Of a stretch of 59,328 nt of DNA, positions 45,439 through 53,879 are shown in pieces. Source of the stretch: Elusimicrobiota bacterium (lineage in GTDB: Bacteria; Elusimicrobiota; Elusimicrobia; F11); assembly GCA_003140895.1 (NCBI GenBank), contig PLLH01000035.1, positions 1 to 59,328 on the forward strand, in the 5' to 3' direction. A model generated the notes under the pieces. It had not been told where the DNA came from, ran no database searches, and worked only from the letters and a program-made list of their open reading frames with translations. The stretch's first letter is position 1; each line of letters begins with the position of its first letter. The position numbers and the translations under genes are program-made.

Positions 45439-46437
45439 TTATTCTGGGATCGTGGTTAAAAGCTCGGCCAACACCTGATCGGCGGTGACGTTTTCGGCTT
45501 CCGCGCGGAACGATAGAACCAAACGATGCCGGAGCGCAGGCAACACCAGCGACTGAATGTCTTCCACCGATGGGCTCATTTGACCTTTCAGGAGCGCCCG
45601 CGCCTTCGATCCCAAGATAAGAGCTTGGGACGCCCGAGGTCCGGCTCCCCACGCCACCCATTTCTTGATGAACTCGGGAGCGTTGGGTTCCTGAGGCCGC
45701 GTGGCGCGCGCCAAACGGACAGCGTAGTCGATAACAGAATCGGCGATGGGAACCCGGCGGACAATATCTTGAAGAGCCCGGATCTCCTCTGCCGACAGGA
45801 TTGGTTTAAGTTCCGGAGCCGCGCCCTTGGTCGTCTGCTCCACGATGAGTTTCTCCTCATCAAACGTGGGATAGCCGATGTTGATCTGGAATAAAAATCG
45901 GTCCAGTTGGGCCTCAGGAAGAGGATAGGTTCCTTCCTGCTCAATGGGGTTTTGCGTGGCCAGCACGAAAAAAGGCTCCGGTAGCGAATAGGTTTGCCCC
46001 CCCACCGTCACTTTTTTTTCCTGCATGGCCTGAAGAAGGGCCGCCTGCGTTTTGGGAGGCGTCCGGTTGATTTCGTCCGCCAAAACAACGTTCGCGAAAA
46101 TAGGACCCGGCAAAAATTTAAAAAGGCGTTCGCGGGTGGTTTTGTCTTCCTGAATGACTTCGGTCCCGGTGATGTCGGAGGGCATGAGGTCGGGCGTGAA
46201 TTGGACCCGGTTGAACTTCAGATCCAACGTTTGGGCCAACGTCGAGACAAGGAGCGTTTTGGCCAGGCCCGGAACTCCGACGATCAAACAATGGCCCTGG
46301 GCAAAAATCGACAGCAGCAATTCTTCCACCACCTGGCTTTGACCGACGATGACCTTGGAAATTTGCCCCTTGATGAGTTTGTCGGCTTCGGTAACCTTGC
46401 GGGCCAACTCGATATCGGAACTTTTTAATGAAGTCAC
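45439..46437 (-). CDS. moxR: MoxR-family AAA+ ATPase
   Basis: GHCLIVGVPGLAKTLLV (Walker A), VLADEINR (Walker B) and overall AAA_3 layout. 332 aa. GTG start with GAGGAG 7 nt upstream. Confidence 0.95.
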   Translation of the reverse strand: MTSLKSSDIELARKVTEADKLIKGQISKVIVGQSQVVEELLLSIFAQGHCLIVGVPGLAKTLLVSTLAQTLDLKFNRVQFTPDLMPSDITGTEVIQEDKTTRERLFKFLPGPIFANVVLADEINRTPPKTQAALLQAMQEKKVTVGGQTYSLPEPFFVLATQNPIEQEGTYPLPEAQLDRFLFQINIGYPTFDEEKLIVEQTTKGAAPELKPILSAEEIRALQDIVRRVPIADSVIDYAVRLARATRPQEPNAPEFIKKWVAWGAGPRASQALILGSKARALLKGQMSPSVEDIQSLVLPALRHRLVLSFRAEAENVTADQVLAELLTTIPE

Positions 46438-46478
46438 GCGAAACTCCTCTTATTTAGGATGTAAATCGGATGTTAGAC

Positions 46479-47867
46479 TTATTTGGGTTGGATGTCGCTA
46501 AAGAAAAGCTGAATACAATCGCCCGGCGGACATTCTCTCCCCTCGGTCCAAACCACCGATGGATAAGAGGGCGAGCGGGGATTGATGGCGAGATTGGGGC
46601 AAGAAGCGGTTCCTCCTGTTAATTTTACCGGTGAAGAGAAACGAACATCTGCCAACGATTTATGAGATAAATACAAAGTCCCTTCGACGGCGCCGTCGTC
46701 TTCAGGGAATCTGTTGTTTTCCTGATTATTCGAGTTGAGAAAACCCGGTTCCCATCCGATCCATGAAACAAAGACTCTTGTGTTTGTCACAACGAGAGAA
46801 GGGGTGGATGCGTATTCTTCCTTGTTCCCAATCTGAAGAGGTTCCGTCCATGTCCCGTCTTTCTTCCGCATGACAGTGGCGATGAAGGAATATTGCTCCG
46901 GACCCTCTTCTCTCCATGCCACATATATATCCCCATTTCCCCCAACCACGGCTGTAACACGTTTTTGATCCCTCGCCGATGGAGCTAGGACCTTCCATCC
47001 CGAAAACTTTTTGTTTTGAATTCGTCCGTAAAGTATTTGGGCCTTCCCTCGGATGCCACCATAACAAAAGACATCAATCGTATTGTCAGCCTCGGCGACA
47101 ATGACCGGACGGCTTTGATATTCCGATAGTCCCTTATTATCGAGATAAGGAGGGGTGTCGATGTTTCCATGAATCGACCATTTTCCGGAGGAACTTCGTG
47201 TCGCATAGGCGATAAAGGGAAGTGGAAATCCATCTTCCGATTGATGAAATCGATCCCGCCCCTCCCATACAACATGAAGCGTGCCCCCCTTTGTTATCAC
47301 TGCTGATGGATAATCTTGCCAAAGGTATTTAATAATGCGGGAAGGTGATTCCGCATAAGCTTCTAAGTACCCTTGGACAGTGAACGGTTCGGTTGCTTCT
47401 TTCAGGTTCAATTTTTCGTTGGTCGAGATTCGCGCGTATTGAATTTGATGAGTGGCATTCTTCAAGGGATCATTGGAAGGATGGCTGCCCGACCAAACGA
47501 GATGAAGGGAACGCCCCTTCCCCAAGGCGATGGTTTGGGCGAGGCGCGGCACGGCGAAGTTGATAACGGAATCTGCTTTTTGAATGATTATTTTCTCGAA
47601 ATCGAATTTTTGTTTCTTTACCGTGGCCCGATAAACGGTAATGGCGGGAGTGTTGTTCAGCCCTTGAGAGGACACAGAAAAATAGGCTCCCCCTTTGGCG
47701 TCGAATAAGAAATCGGGACCATTCATAAAACCCAGGGCGGTGGTCCCAGTCACATTTCCGACGAATACGGGATTAACCTTTAATTTTGGTTCTTCATTTG
47801 CCCCCAGGTTGGATGCAAACGCCGAAAACAAGAAGAATGTGAAACAGGCCCAATTGTGAATCCTCAT
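46479..47867 (-). CDS. Secreted beta-propeller protein (BNR/sialidase-like blades)
   Basis: Signal peptide. Six recurrences of hhhhW (LHLVW, LHVVW, IDVFC, IYVAW, VFVSW, PSVVW), each followed by a strand such as IQYARIS or ILYGRIQ. Degenerate Asp-box remnants (SSGKW, KDGTW). The track start 47882 is TTG. ATG 47867 is preferred. Confidence 0.6.
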   Translation of the reverse strand: MRIHNWACFTFFLFSAFASNLGANEEPKLKVNPVFVGNVTGTTALGFMNGPDFLFDAKGGAYFSVSSQGLNNTPAITVYRATVKKQKFDFEKIIIQKADSVINFAVPRLAQTIALGKGRSLHLVWSGSHPSNDPLKNATHQIQYARISTNEKLNLKEATEPFTVQGYLEAYAESPSRIIKYLWQDYPSAVITKGGTLHVVWEGRDRFHQSEDGFPLPFIAYATRSSSGKWSIHGNIDTPPYLDNKGLSEYQSRPVIVAEADNTIDVFCYGGIRGKAQILYGRIQNKKFSGWKVLAPSARDQKRVTAVVGGNGDIYVAWREEGPEQYSFIATVMRKKDGTWTEPLQIGNKEEYASTPSLVVTNTRVFVSWIGWEPGFLNSNNQENNRFPEDDGAVEGTLYLSHKSLADVRFSSPVKLTGGTASCPNLAINPRSPSYPSVVWTEGRECPPGDCIQLFFSDIQPK

Positions 47868-47924
47868 ATACACATTTAACAACTAAAACCGATAAACTTC
47901 CCGGTTTTTATGGCGCCAAAGGGG

Positions 47925-48704
47925 TTAAGGCTTAAATATTTCGTCGAAAAAATCCTTCATGGCTTGCCAAGCGCGACGGGCCGCGACGGGGTTATAGGCA
48001 GCTCCTTTCGAGTTGTCGTTGCCGGCATCGGGAATGGTGAAGGCATGGACGGCACCGCTGTATTTGACGAGCTGCCAATCCACTCCGCCTTCCCGCATTT
48101 CTTTCTCGAAGGCGGCCACCTGATCGGGCGGGACATAGGGGTCATCCGCTCCGTGAAGCGCGAGGACTTTCCCCTTTATATTTTTGGCATCTTGAGGCGT
48201 GGGGGTGTCGAGCCCTCCATGGAAGGTCACAACACCGACAAGAGGCGCCCCGGATCGCGCCAGTTCAAGCGCCGCTGTTCCGCCAAAGCAAAAACCAATG
48301 GCCGCCAATTGGGCGGGATCAACCAGGGGCTGACGTTTAAGGGCCTCCAGAGCGGCCTGCGCTCGTCTGCGAAGAAGAGTTCGGTCCTTCTTAAAAGAAC
48401 TTGAAAGAGAAGAAGCTTCCTCTGTGTTTTTGGGGCGCACGCCTTTCCCAAAGATATCGGCGGCGAACCCGATATATCCCAAACGGGCCAAATCGTCCGC
48501 TTTCTTACGCGTGAAGGGAGAGGGCCCCATCCAATCGTGAATCACGAGGACCCCCGGCCGTTTGCCAGGAAAAGCGTCATCGTAGGCCAGATATCCCTCC
48601 AATACCGTATCGCCGTCCCGATACTCGATCGGCTTTTGAACCACCGCGGCCGAAACCGCCCCGCTTAAAAAAACAGCTGTCATGGACATAAGAACACCCT
48701 TCAT
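47925..48704 (-). CDS. Dienelactone hydrolase family protein, secreted
   Basis: VLVIHDWMG..., GFCFGG nucleophile elbow and ...HGADD... The start was moved to ATG 48704 (AGGAGG 6 nt upstream), giving the signal peptide MKGVLMSMTAVFLSGAVSAA. Confidence 0.85.
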   Translation of the reverse strand: MKGVLMSMTAVFLSGAVSAAVVQKPIEYRDGDTVLEGYLAYDDAFPGKRPGVLVIHDWMGPSPFTRKKADDLARLGYIGFAADIFGKGVRPKNTEEASSLSSSFKKDRTLLRRRAQAALEALKRQPLVDPAQLAAIGFCFGGTAALELARSGAPLVGVVTFHGGLDTPTPQDAKNIKGKVLALHGADDPYVPPDQVAAFEKEMREGGVDWQLVKYSGAVHAFTIPDAGNDNSKGAAYNPVAARRAWQAMKDFFDEIFKP

Positions 48705-48842
48705 GGAGACCTCCTGGTTAACTGCTTCCCAATAGAACGAAGAAGCCGCGCTAAAATTCCAGGACAATAAAAATACCTAAGGATATTTCCATCTTCGTTC
48801 GCATTGAATAAGATTCGTCCTGGTAAAAAAACAGGAGAATCA

Positions 48843-50198
48843 TTGAAAGCATCGTCTAAAAAAATCGTGATTTGCGCCGGAGCCCGAACGCCGTTCGGAC
48901 ATCTGGCCAAGACCCTCGCAAACGTCCCCCCTGAAGAGTTGATCGGCTCTGTTATTCGCGACCTGATTAAAAAAACAAATTTGGACCCCGCCCACGTGGA
49001 CGGCGTTATGGTGGGATGGGTGGGGCAAGGCTCCCACGCGCCCAACATCGCCCGAATCGCCACGCTCAAAGCCGGGCGTCTCCCGGAAAAAGCGCACGCC
49101 GTGACCGTCCAGGCCAACTGCGTCTCTGGCCTTGAAGCCATCGCCTCGGCCGCTCGGCACATTCTGCTTGGCGAAGGAGACCTCTATATCGCCGGTGGAA
49201 CCGAATCCATGTCCACCTTTCCGTATGCGATCCGGGGCCCCCGCTCCGCCAAATCCCTGCGTTCGCTTCAAAACGTCAAGGAAAACTGGACAGACTTATT
49301 GAACAACCCGGAGGTCTGCATCACCGACACCATGGAAGAAGGCCTGACCGACCCCATCAAAGACATCAACATGGCGGCCACGGCGGAGGTGTGCGCGCAA
49401 ATGTTTGGCATTTCCCGCGAGGAGCAGGATCGCTACGCCGCGGAAAGCTTCAAACGCTGCCTGGACGCGCAGGAGAGCGGATTTTACTCCTCTCACGTCA
49501 CACCTTTTAAGCTCAAAGGAGAATTGGTCCTCGAAAAAGATGAATATATTTCTCTCCGGAAAAACCTCGTCGCGAAACCCGAGATGATCTCGAAAGCCCC
49601 CACGTTGTTTGACACCGAACGGTTCACCATCAAAGATTTCTACGAAAAATTCGGGAAACACATCGAAGGAAAGGCGTATTCTCCCGCCGCCAAAGGAACC
49701 GTCACGCTTTTTAATTCCTGCGCGCGGTCGGATGGCGCGGCGGCGGTCATCGTTACCTCGGAAGAAATGGCCAAAGACTGTGGGCTGACTATTTTAGGAG
49801 AGATTAAATCGTGGTCTTTTTACGGCATCAACCCGGCGCACATGGGAATCGCCCCGGTGTTCGCCGCTCAAAACGCCTTAGAACGGGCGGATTTAAAATT
49901 TGATGATCTGGATCAAATAGAACTCCACGAAGCCTTCGCCGCCACGTGCCTCTCCATCTTTCACCTGGGCCGGGAAAAATTCGGTCAAAGCTGGCGGGAG
50001 CTGTGGGAGAAAAAGCGCCTTAATCCGCACGGCGGGTCCATACCGCTGGGGCACCCCTTGGCCGCCACGGGTACCCGGATTGTTCTTAATCTCTTATACG
50101 CCTTGAAGGAAAACCCGGAAGCGAAATTCGGGATGGCCACCGCTTGCGCCGCCGGAGGGCTGGGCGGCGCCATGATCATCGAAAAACCCGCCAAATAA
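48843..50198 (+). CDS. Acetyl-CoA acetyltransferase / thiolase
   Basis: IVICAGARTPFG N-terminus, the active-site context ...VQANCVSGLEA..., and C-terminal GGSIPLGHPLAATG and ATACAAGGLGGA. The track start is TTG 48804. TTG 48843 has AGGAG 5 nt upstream. Confidence 0.9.
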   Translation: MKASSKKIVICAGARTPFGHLAKTLANVPPEELIGSVIRDLIKKTNLDPAHVDGVMVGWVGQGSHAPNIARIATLKAGRLPEKAHAVTVQANCVSGLEAIASAARHILLGEGDLYIAGGTESMSTFPYAIRGPRSAKSLRSLQNVKENWTDLLNNPEVCITDTMEEGLTDPIKDINMAATAEVCAQMFGISREEQDRYAAESFKRCLDAQESGFYSSHVTPFKLKGELVLEKDEYISLRKNLVAKPEMISKAPTLFDTERFTIKDFYEKFGKHIEGKAYSPAAKGTVTLFNSCARSDGAAAVIVTSEEMAKDCGLTILGEIKSWSFYGINPAHMGIAPVFAAQNALERADLKFDDLDQIELHEAFAATCLSIFHLGREKFGQSWRELWEKKRLNPHGGSIPLGHPLAATGTRIVLNLLYALKENPEAKFGMATACAAGGLGGAMIIEKPAK

Positions 50199-50219
50199 CA
50201 TCCGTCCAGGATGACGGTA

Positions 50220-51152
50220 CTATCCGCGTGGATGGAACTGTTCGTGAGATTTTTTGAGGGCCGTACTGTCGACGTGGGTATAAATCTGCGTCGTTGAAAT
50301 ATCCGCGTGGCCCAACATTTCTTGTACCACGCGAAGGTCCGCCCCCCCTGCCAACAAATGGGTCGCGAACGAATGCCGGAGCGTGTGAGGACTCACGTTT
50401 TTCCGGATGCCGGCCTCATGACTCATTTTCCTCAACACCGCGAAGAACGTGGACCGGCTGACCCGGCCTCCTCTTGAGCTTGTGAACAGGAAATCTTTCC
50501 CCTCTCCCAGCAAAACCTTCTTTCTTATTTGATTCCGCTCCTTGAGATAGGTCTCGATGGCCACCTGGGCTCGTCTTCCAAGGGGGATAATCCGTTCCTT
50601 GTCCCCTTTTCCTCGCACGCGAACAAAACTGGATTCAAGATCAATTTGATTGTCTTTAATATTGGAAAGCTCCGACACCCGCATTCCAGTGGCGTACATA
50701 AGCTCAAAGGCGGCGATATAGCGGAGCGTGCGCTCAGCGCTCAATTTTTTCTTCTGGGATCCGCCGTCTTTGCCTGTGGAGGAAGGGTGATGCGTTCCAA
50801 AAAGGCGGGTTATCTCCGCCACGTTGAGGACTTTGGGAAGCCGCTCTTGTCTTTTGGGCAACGCCAGAGAAACGGTGGGATCTTTTTGGAGCCGCCCCTC
50901 CCCCGTGAGATACTTATAAAGCTGACGGATGGACTCAATATAGCGTGCCAACGTCGCCGGGGATTTCCCCAGCTTCTTTTGCTCCCAGAGAAAATCCGTG
51001 ATCACCGGATGATCAATTGCCTTAAATGAAATCTTGTGATCATCAATGTATTTAAAATAAAGGCTAAGGTCTCTTCTATAGGCATCCAACGTGTTAATGG
51101 ACAACCCTTTTTCCACTCTTAAATAGTTGAGGAGTTCATCAATTTCATTCAT
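50220..51152 (-). CDS. xerD: Tyrosine recombinase XerD
   Basis: N-terminal LSINTLDAYRRDLS and C-terminal HTLRHSFATHLLAGGADLRVVQEMLGHADISTTQIYTHV closely follow the XerD pattern. Confidence 0.85.
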   Translation of the reverse strand: MNEIDELLNYLRVEKGLSINTLDAYRRDLSLYFKYIDDHKISFKAIDHPVITDFLWEQKKLGKSPATLARYIESIRQLYKYLTGEGRLQKDPTVSLALPKRQERLPKVLNVAEITRLFGTHHPSSTGKDGGSQKKKLSAERTLRYIAAFELMYATGMRVSELSNIKDNQIDLESSFVRVRGKGDKERIIPLGRRAQVAIETYLKERNQIRKKVLLGEGKDFLFTSSRGGRVSRSTFFAVLRKMSHEAGIRKNVSPHTLRHSFATHLLAGGADLRVVQEMLGHADISTTQIYTHVDSTALKKSHEQFHPRG

Positions 51153-51160
51153 AGCGCTTT

Positions 51161-51209
51161 AAAAAAACATGGGTCGTCCTACGCGTTTCGCGGCGTAGGG
51201 CGACCCATG
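51161..51209 (-). terminator. Rho-independent terminator downstream of recA
   Basis: 17-bp arms at 51168-51184 and 51193-51209 (CATGGGTCGTCCTACGC / GCGTAGGGCGACCCATG, one non-Watson-Crick position). On the minus strand the stem is followed by a 7-nt T-run (51161-51167). Confidence 0.75.
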
Positions 51210-51239
51210 ATCAAAACAACGGATCTCTAAGAGGGAACC

Positions 51240-52403
51240 TTATTTTCCCTTAGCCGCAACCGCCCCCTGCTTCACTGAAGCTGACTTCGCCAGTTCTGGC
51301 TTCGTCGGCACTGGCTTCGCCAATTCTGGCTTCATCGGTAACGACTTTTCGGCTTCCTTATCGGCGGCCTGCTTCTCCGATGCCGCGTACTGGGCGCGGA
51401 TGGCGTCCTCAATTTCATCGGCCAATTTATGATTGGACCGGAGGTAATCCTTGGCGTTGTCGCGTCCCTGGCCGAGTTTTTCCCCTTTATAGAGATACCA
51501 GGCGCCGGATTTTTCGACGAGGCCTGACTGCGCCCCCATGTCGACCAACGCTCCCTCCCGGGAAATGCCGGAACCGAAGAGAATATCGAACTCGGCCTGG
51601 CGGAACGGCGGCGAAACCTTATTTTTCACGACTTTGACGCGCACATGGTTGCCGATCACGACGTCGCCGTCTTTGATGGCTTCAATCCGGCGGATATCCA
51701 GCCGGACGCTCGCGTAGAATTTAAGAGCCAACCCGCCCGGCGTCGTTTCAGGGTTTCCGTACATGACCCCGATCTTCTGCCGAAGCTGATTGATAAAGAT
51801 GACGCAAGTTCTGGACTTCCCCAGAACAGAGGTGAGCTTTCGAAGCGCCTGCGACATGAGCCGCGCCTGAACCCCCACGCTCGCCTGCCCCACTTCCCCT
51901 TCAATTTCGGACCTGGGAACAAGAGCCGCCGTGGAGTCGATGACGATCAAGTCAACCGCCCCGGAACGCACCAACTGTTCGGTGATTTCCAACGCCTGCT
52001 CTCCTGAATCCGGCTGAGAGATGAGGAGGTTGTCGATATCGACGCCGAGTTTTTTCGCGTAGACAGGGTCCATCGCGTGTTCGGCGTCGATGTAAGCGGC
52101 GGTGCCGCCGTTTTTCTGCGCTTGAGCGGCGATGCTCAAACACAACGTGGATTTTCCGGAGGATTCCGGCCCGTAAATTTCCACGACCCGCCCTCGCGGG
52201 ACGCCCCCCACGCCGATGGCAATGTCGAGCGGCAGGGCACCGGTCGGAATGACTTGAATCCCTTCGGATTTCTTGTCACCCAAACGCATAAGCGCTTCTT
52301 TGCCGTAATTCTTTTCGATTTGATCCAGGGCCAACTGCAGGGATTTCGCTTTCTCTTCTTTGGTGGTCGGATATGAACACTTTTTCTTTTCAACTAACGA
52401 CAT
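51240..52403 (-). CDS. recA: Recombinase RecA
   Basis: [10 protein letters not shown] Walker A and the conserved core through ...[22 protein letters not shown].... GAGGAGG lies 4 nt upstream of the ATG. 387 aa, with extra N- and C-terminal segments. Confidence 0.97.
   Translation of the reverse strand: MSLVEKKKCSYPTTKEEKAKSLQLALDQIEKNYGKEALMRLGDKKSEGIQVIPTGALPLDIAIGVGGVPRGRVVEIYGPESSGKSTLCLSIAAQAQKNGGTAAYIDAEHAMDPVYAKKLGVDIDNLLISQPDSGEQALEITEQLVRSGAVDLIVIDSTAALVPRSEIEGEVGQASVGVQARLMSQALRKLTSVLGKSRTCVIFINQLRQKIGVMYGNPETTPGGLALKFYASVRLDIRRIEAIKDGDVVIGNHVRVKVVKNKVSPPFRQAEFDILFGSGISREGALVDMGAQSGLVEKSGAWYLYKGEKLGQGRDNAKDYLRSNHKLADEIEDAIRAQYAASEKQAADKEAEKSLPMKPELAKPVPTKPELAKSASVKQGAVAAKGK
51285..51344 (-). 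repeat. 30-nt tandem duplication (x2) inside the recA 3-prime end
   Basis: Units 51285-51314 and 51315-51344 are identical at 24 of 30 positions by hand alignment. They encode [10 protein letters not shown] / [10 protein letters not shown]. Confidence 0.8.
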
Positions 52404-52454
52404 ACGTCCTCCTCATGGGGGGATGCTAGATTTTCGAGGGAAAATAGCGAACGT

Positions 52455-52483
52455 ATTGTACTAGCTCTCGTCGGAGGTGTCCA
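52455..52483 (-). promoter_or_regulatory. Candidate sigma70-type recA promoter
   Basis: On the minus strand, TGGACA (52483-52478), a 17-nt spacer, then TACAAT (52460-52455). It lies ~50 nt upstream of the recA ATG. Confidence 0.45.
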
Positions 52484-52506
52484 GGGGATTATGAATTGGC
52501 GAAAAA

Positions 52507-53259
52507 TTAATGGGAAATATGCGGATGGGCGTGGCGGAGGATGTGGGGTTTTTCGAGGCCGTGGGCCAGCATAAGAGGCTCGTTCGATAAAAGATCGACG
52601 GTGGAGCCTTGGGCGACCACCGTTCCTTTGTCCAATAAAATCACCCGGGAGCAAAGCTCCACCACGAGTTCAAGATCATGCGTGGCGATGACTTGAGTGA
52701 GCGGCAGCCTTCGTAGAAGCGTCAAGAGTTCACGCCGCCCGCGCGGATCCAAATCGCTGGTCGGCTCGTCCAACACCAACATTTTGGATCGGCAAGCCAA
52801 GACCCCCGCCAAACACACGCGCCGTTTTTCCCCCCGGCTTAAATGATGCGGCGTCCGGTCTTCAAACCCCACCAAACCCACCTGTGTGAGCGCCTGTGAA
52901 ACGATGGCGGGCAACGCCTCTCGAGGCTCCCCCCATTGTGAGGGCCCAAACGCCACGTCTTCAAACACCGTCGGACAAAAGAGCTGATCGTCCGGATCTT
53001 GAAACAAAAGGCCCACCTCGGACCTAATTTGAGGAAGGTGAGGTTTTGTGACCGGCGTCCCAAACACAGAAATAACGGAGGTCATGGATTCTTCCGGGAG
53101 AAGCCCGTTCAGATGAAGGAGCAATGTCGATTTCCCCGCCCCATTCGGCCCAATAAGCCCCACGCGTTCCCCTTCGGAGATGGACACGCTGATGTTTTTA
53201 AGCGCCTCCGTCCCGTCGGAATACCGGTATGACAGGTTTTTAATCTCCAACGCGTTCAT
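52507..53259 (-). CDS. cbiO: ECF/cobalt-type ABC transporter ATP-binding protein
   Basis: GPNGAGKST Walker A, LSRGEKRRV signature and LVLDEPTSDLD Walker B. ATG 53259 forms an ATGA overlap with the cbiQ stop. Confidence 0.9.
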   Translation of the reverse strand: MNALEIKNLSYRYSDGTEALKNISVSISEGERVGLIGPNGAGKSTLLLHLNGLLPEESMTSVISVFGTPVTKPHLPQIRSEVGLLFQDPDDQLFCPTVFEDVAFGPSQWGEPREALPAIVSQALTQVGLVGFEDRTPHHLSRGEKRRVCLAGVLACRSKMLVLDEPTSDLDPRGRRELLTLLRRLPLTQVIATHDLELVVELCSRVILLDKGTVVAQGSTVDLLSNEPLMLAHGLEKPHILRHAHPHISH

Positions 53260-53870
53260 GCCTTCCACCCTCTCGCGCACATGGCCGAGTACACGCGCTC
53301 GGCGCGTTCAGACGAACGAACAAAGAGTTGTGCGGCGACCGTGGCCGTCGTCCGCCAAAAGTGGCCGCGCGTGCTGAGAAAACTCCGACTAAGCCTCGCC
53401 CGCCGCATCCGTTCCATTTCATTAAAGATGACGACAAGATACCGCACAAGAAGCGCCAACGTCGTCAGAAGAAGCGAAGGCACATAACAACGTTTCAATA
53501 CGTTGAGAATGTCCGTGAAGCGGGTGGTGCTGGATAAAAGAACCATCACCCAAAGAGAAAGCGTGCTTTTCGTCAAAAGCCACAGAAAGAGAAGAACCCC
53601 GTTGGGTTGAAATAGAGACAGGAGCGCCATTCCAACCGCCACCGGTTCCAGCCAAAGCACTTTCTTCATCAACGAAACGCCCGGCAAGCGGCTGACCATC
53701 GTCAAAAGAAATAAAAGAAAGCCCATCATGAGAGTGCCGATCCAGGTCATTTGTGGAAGAAGAACAAGGGTTGTGACGAATCCCCCCGCCACAACCAATT
53801 TAACCCACGCCGGCCACCGATGAAGCGCCGTGTGACCATGAACATAGGGATTCAATAAATGGTGAGACAT
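53256..53870 (-). CDS. cbiQ: ECF transporter transmembrane (T) component, CbiQ-like
   Basis: 204-aa polytopic protein between cbiM and cbiO, with a conserved Arg-rich cytoplasmic loop (...ERMRRARLSRSF...). Confidence 0.8.
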   Translation of the reverse strand: MSHHLLNPYVHGHTALHRWPAWVKLVVAGGFVTTLVLLPQMTWIGTLMMGFLLFLLTMVSRLPGVSLMKKVLWLEPVAVGMALLSLFQPNGVLLFLWLLTKSTLSLWVMVLLSSTTRFTDILNVLKRCYVPSLLLTTLALLVRYLVVIFNEMERMRRARLSRSFLSTRGHFWRTTATVAAQLFVRSSERAERVYSAMCARGWKA

Positions 53871-53879
53871 GAATGACTC

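Noticed and set aside
47885-47908. Weak hairpin AAAACCG-N10-CGGTTTT between the dienelactone hydrolase and propeller genes
   Set aside because: The stem is only 7 bp and A/U-rich with a 10-nt loop. At best it is a leaky attenuator, which is not enough to call a terminator.
50220-51152. Tyrosine recombinase as a possible integrase of a mobile element
   Set aside because: The sequence follows the XerD pattern. It is flanked by recA and a thiolase, with no tRNA, direct repeats, phage or IS genes.
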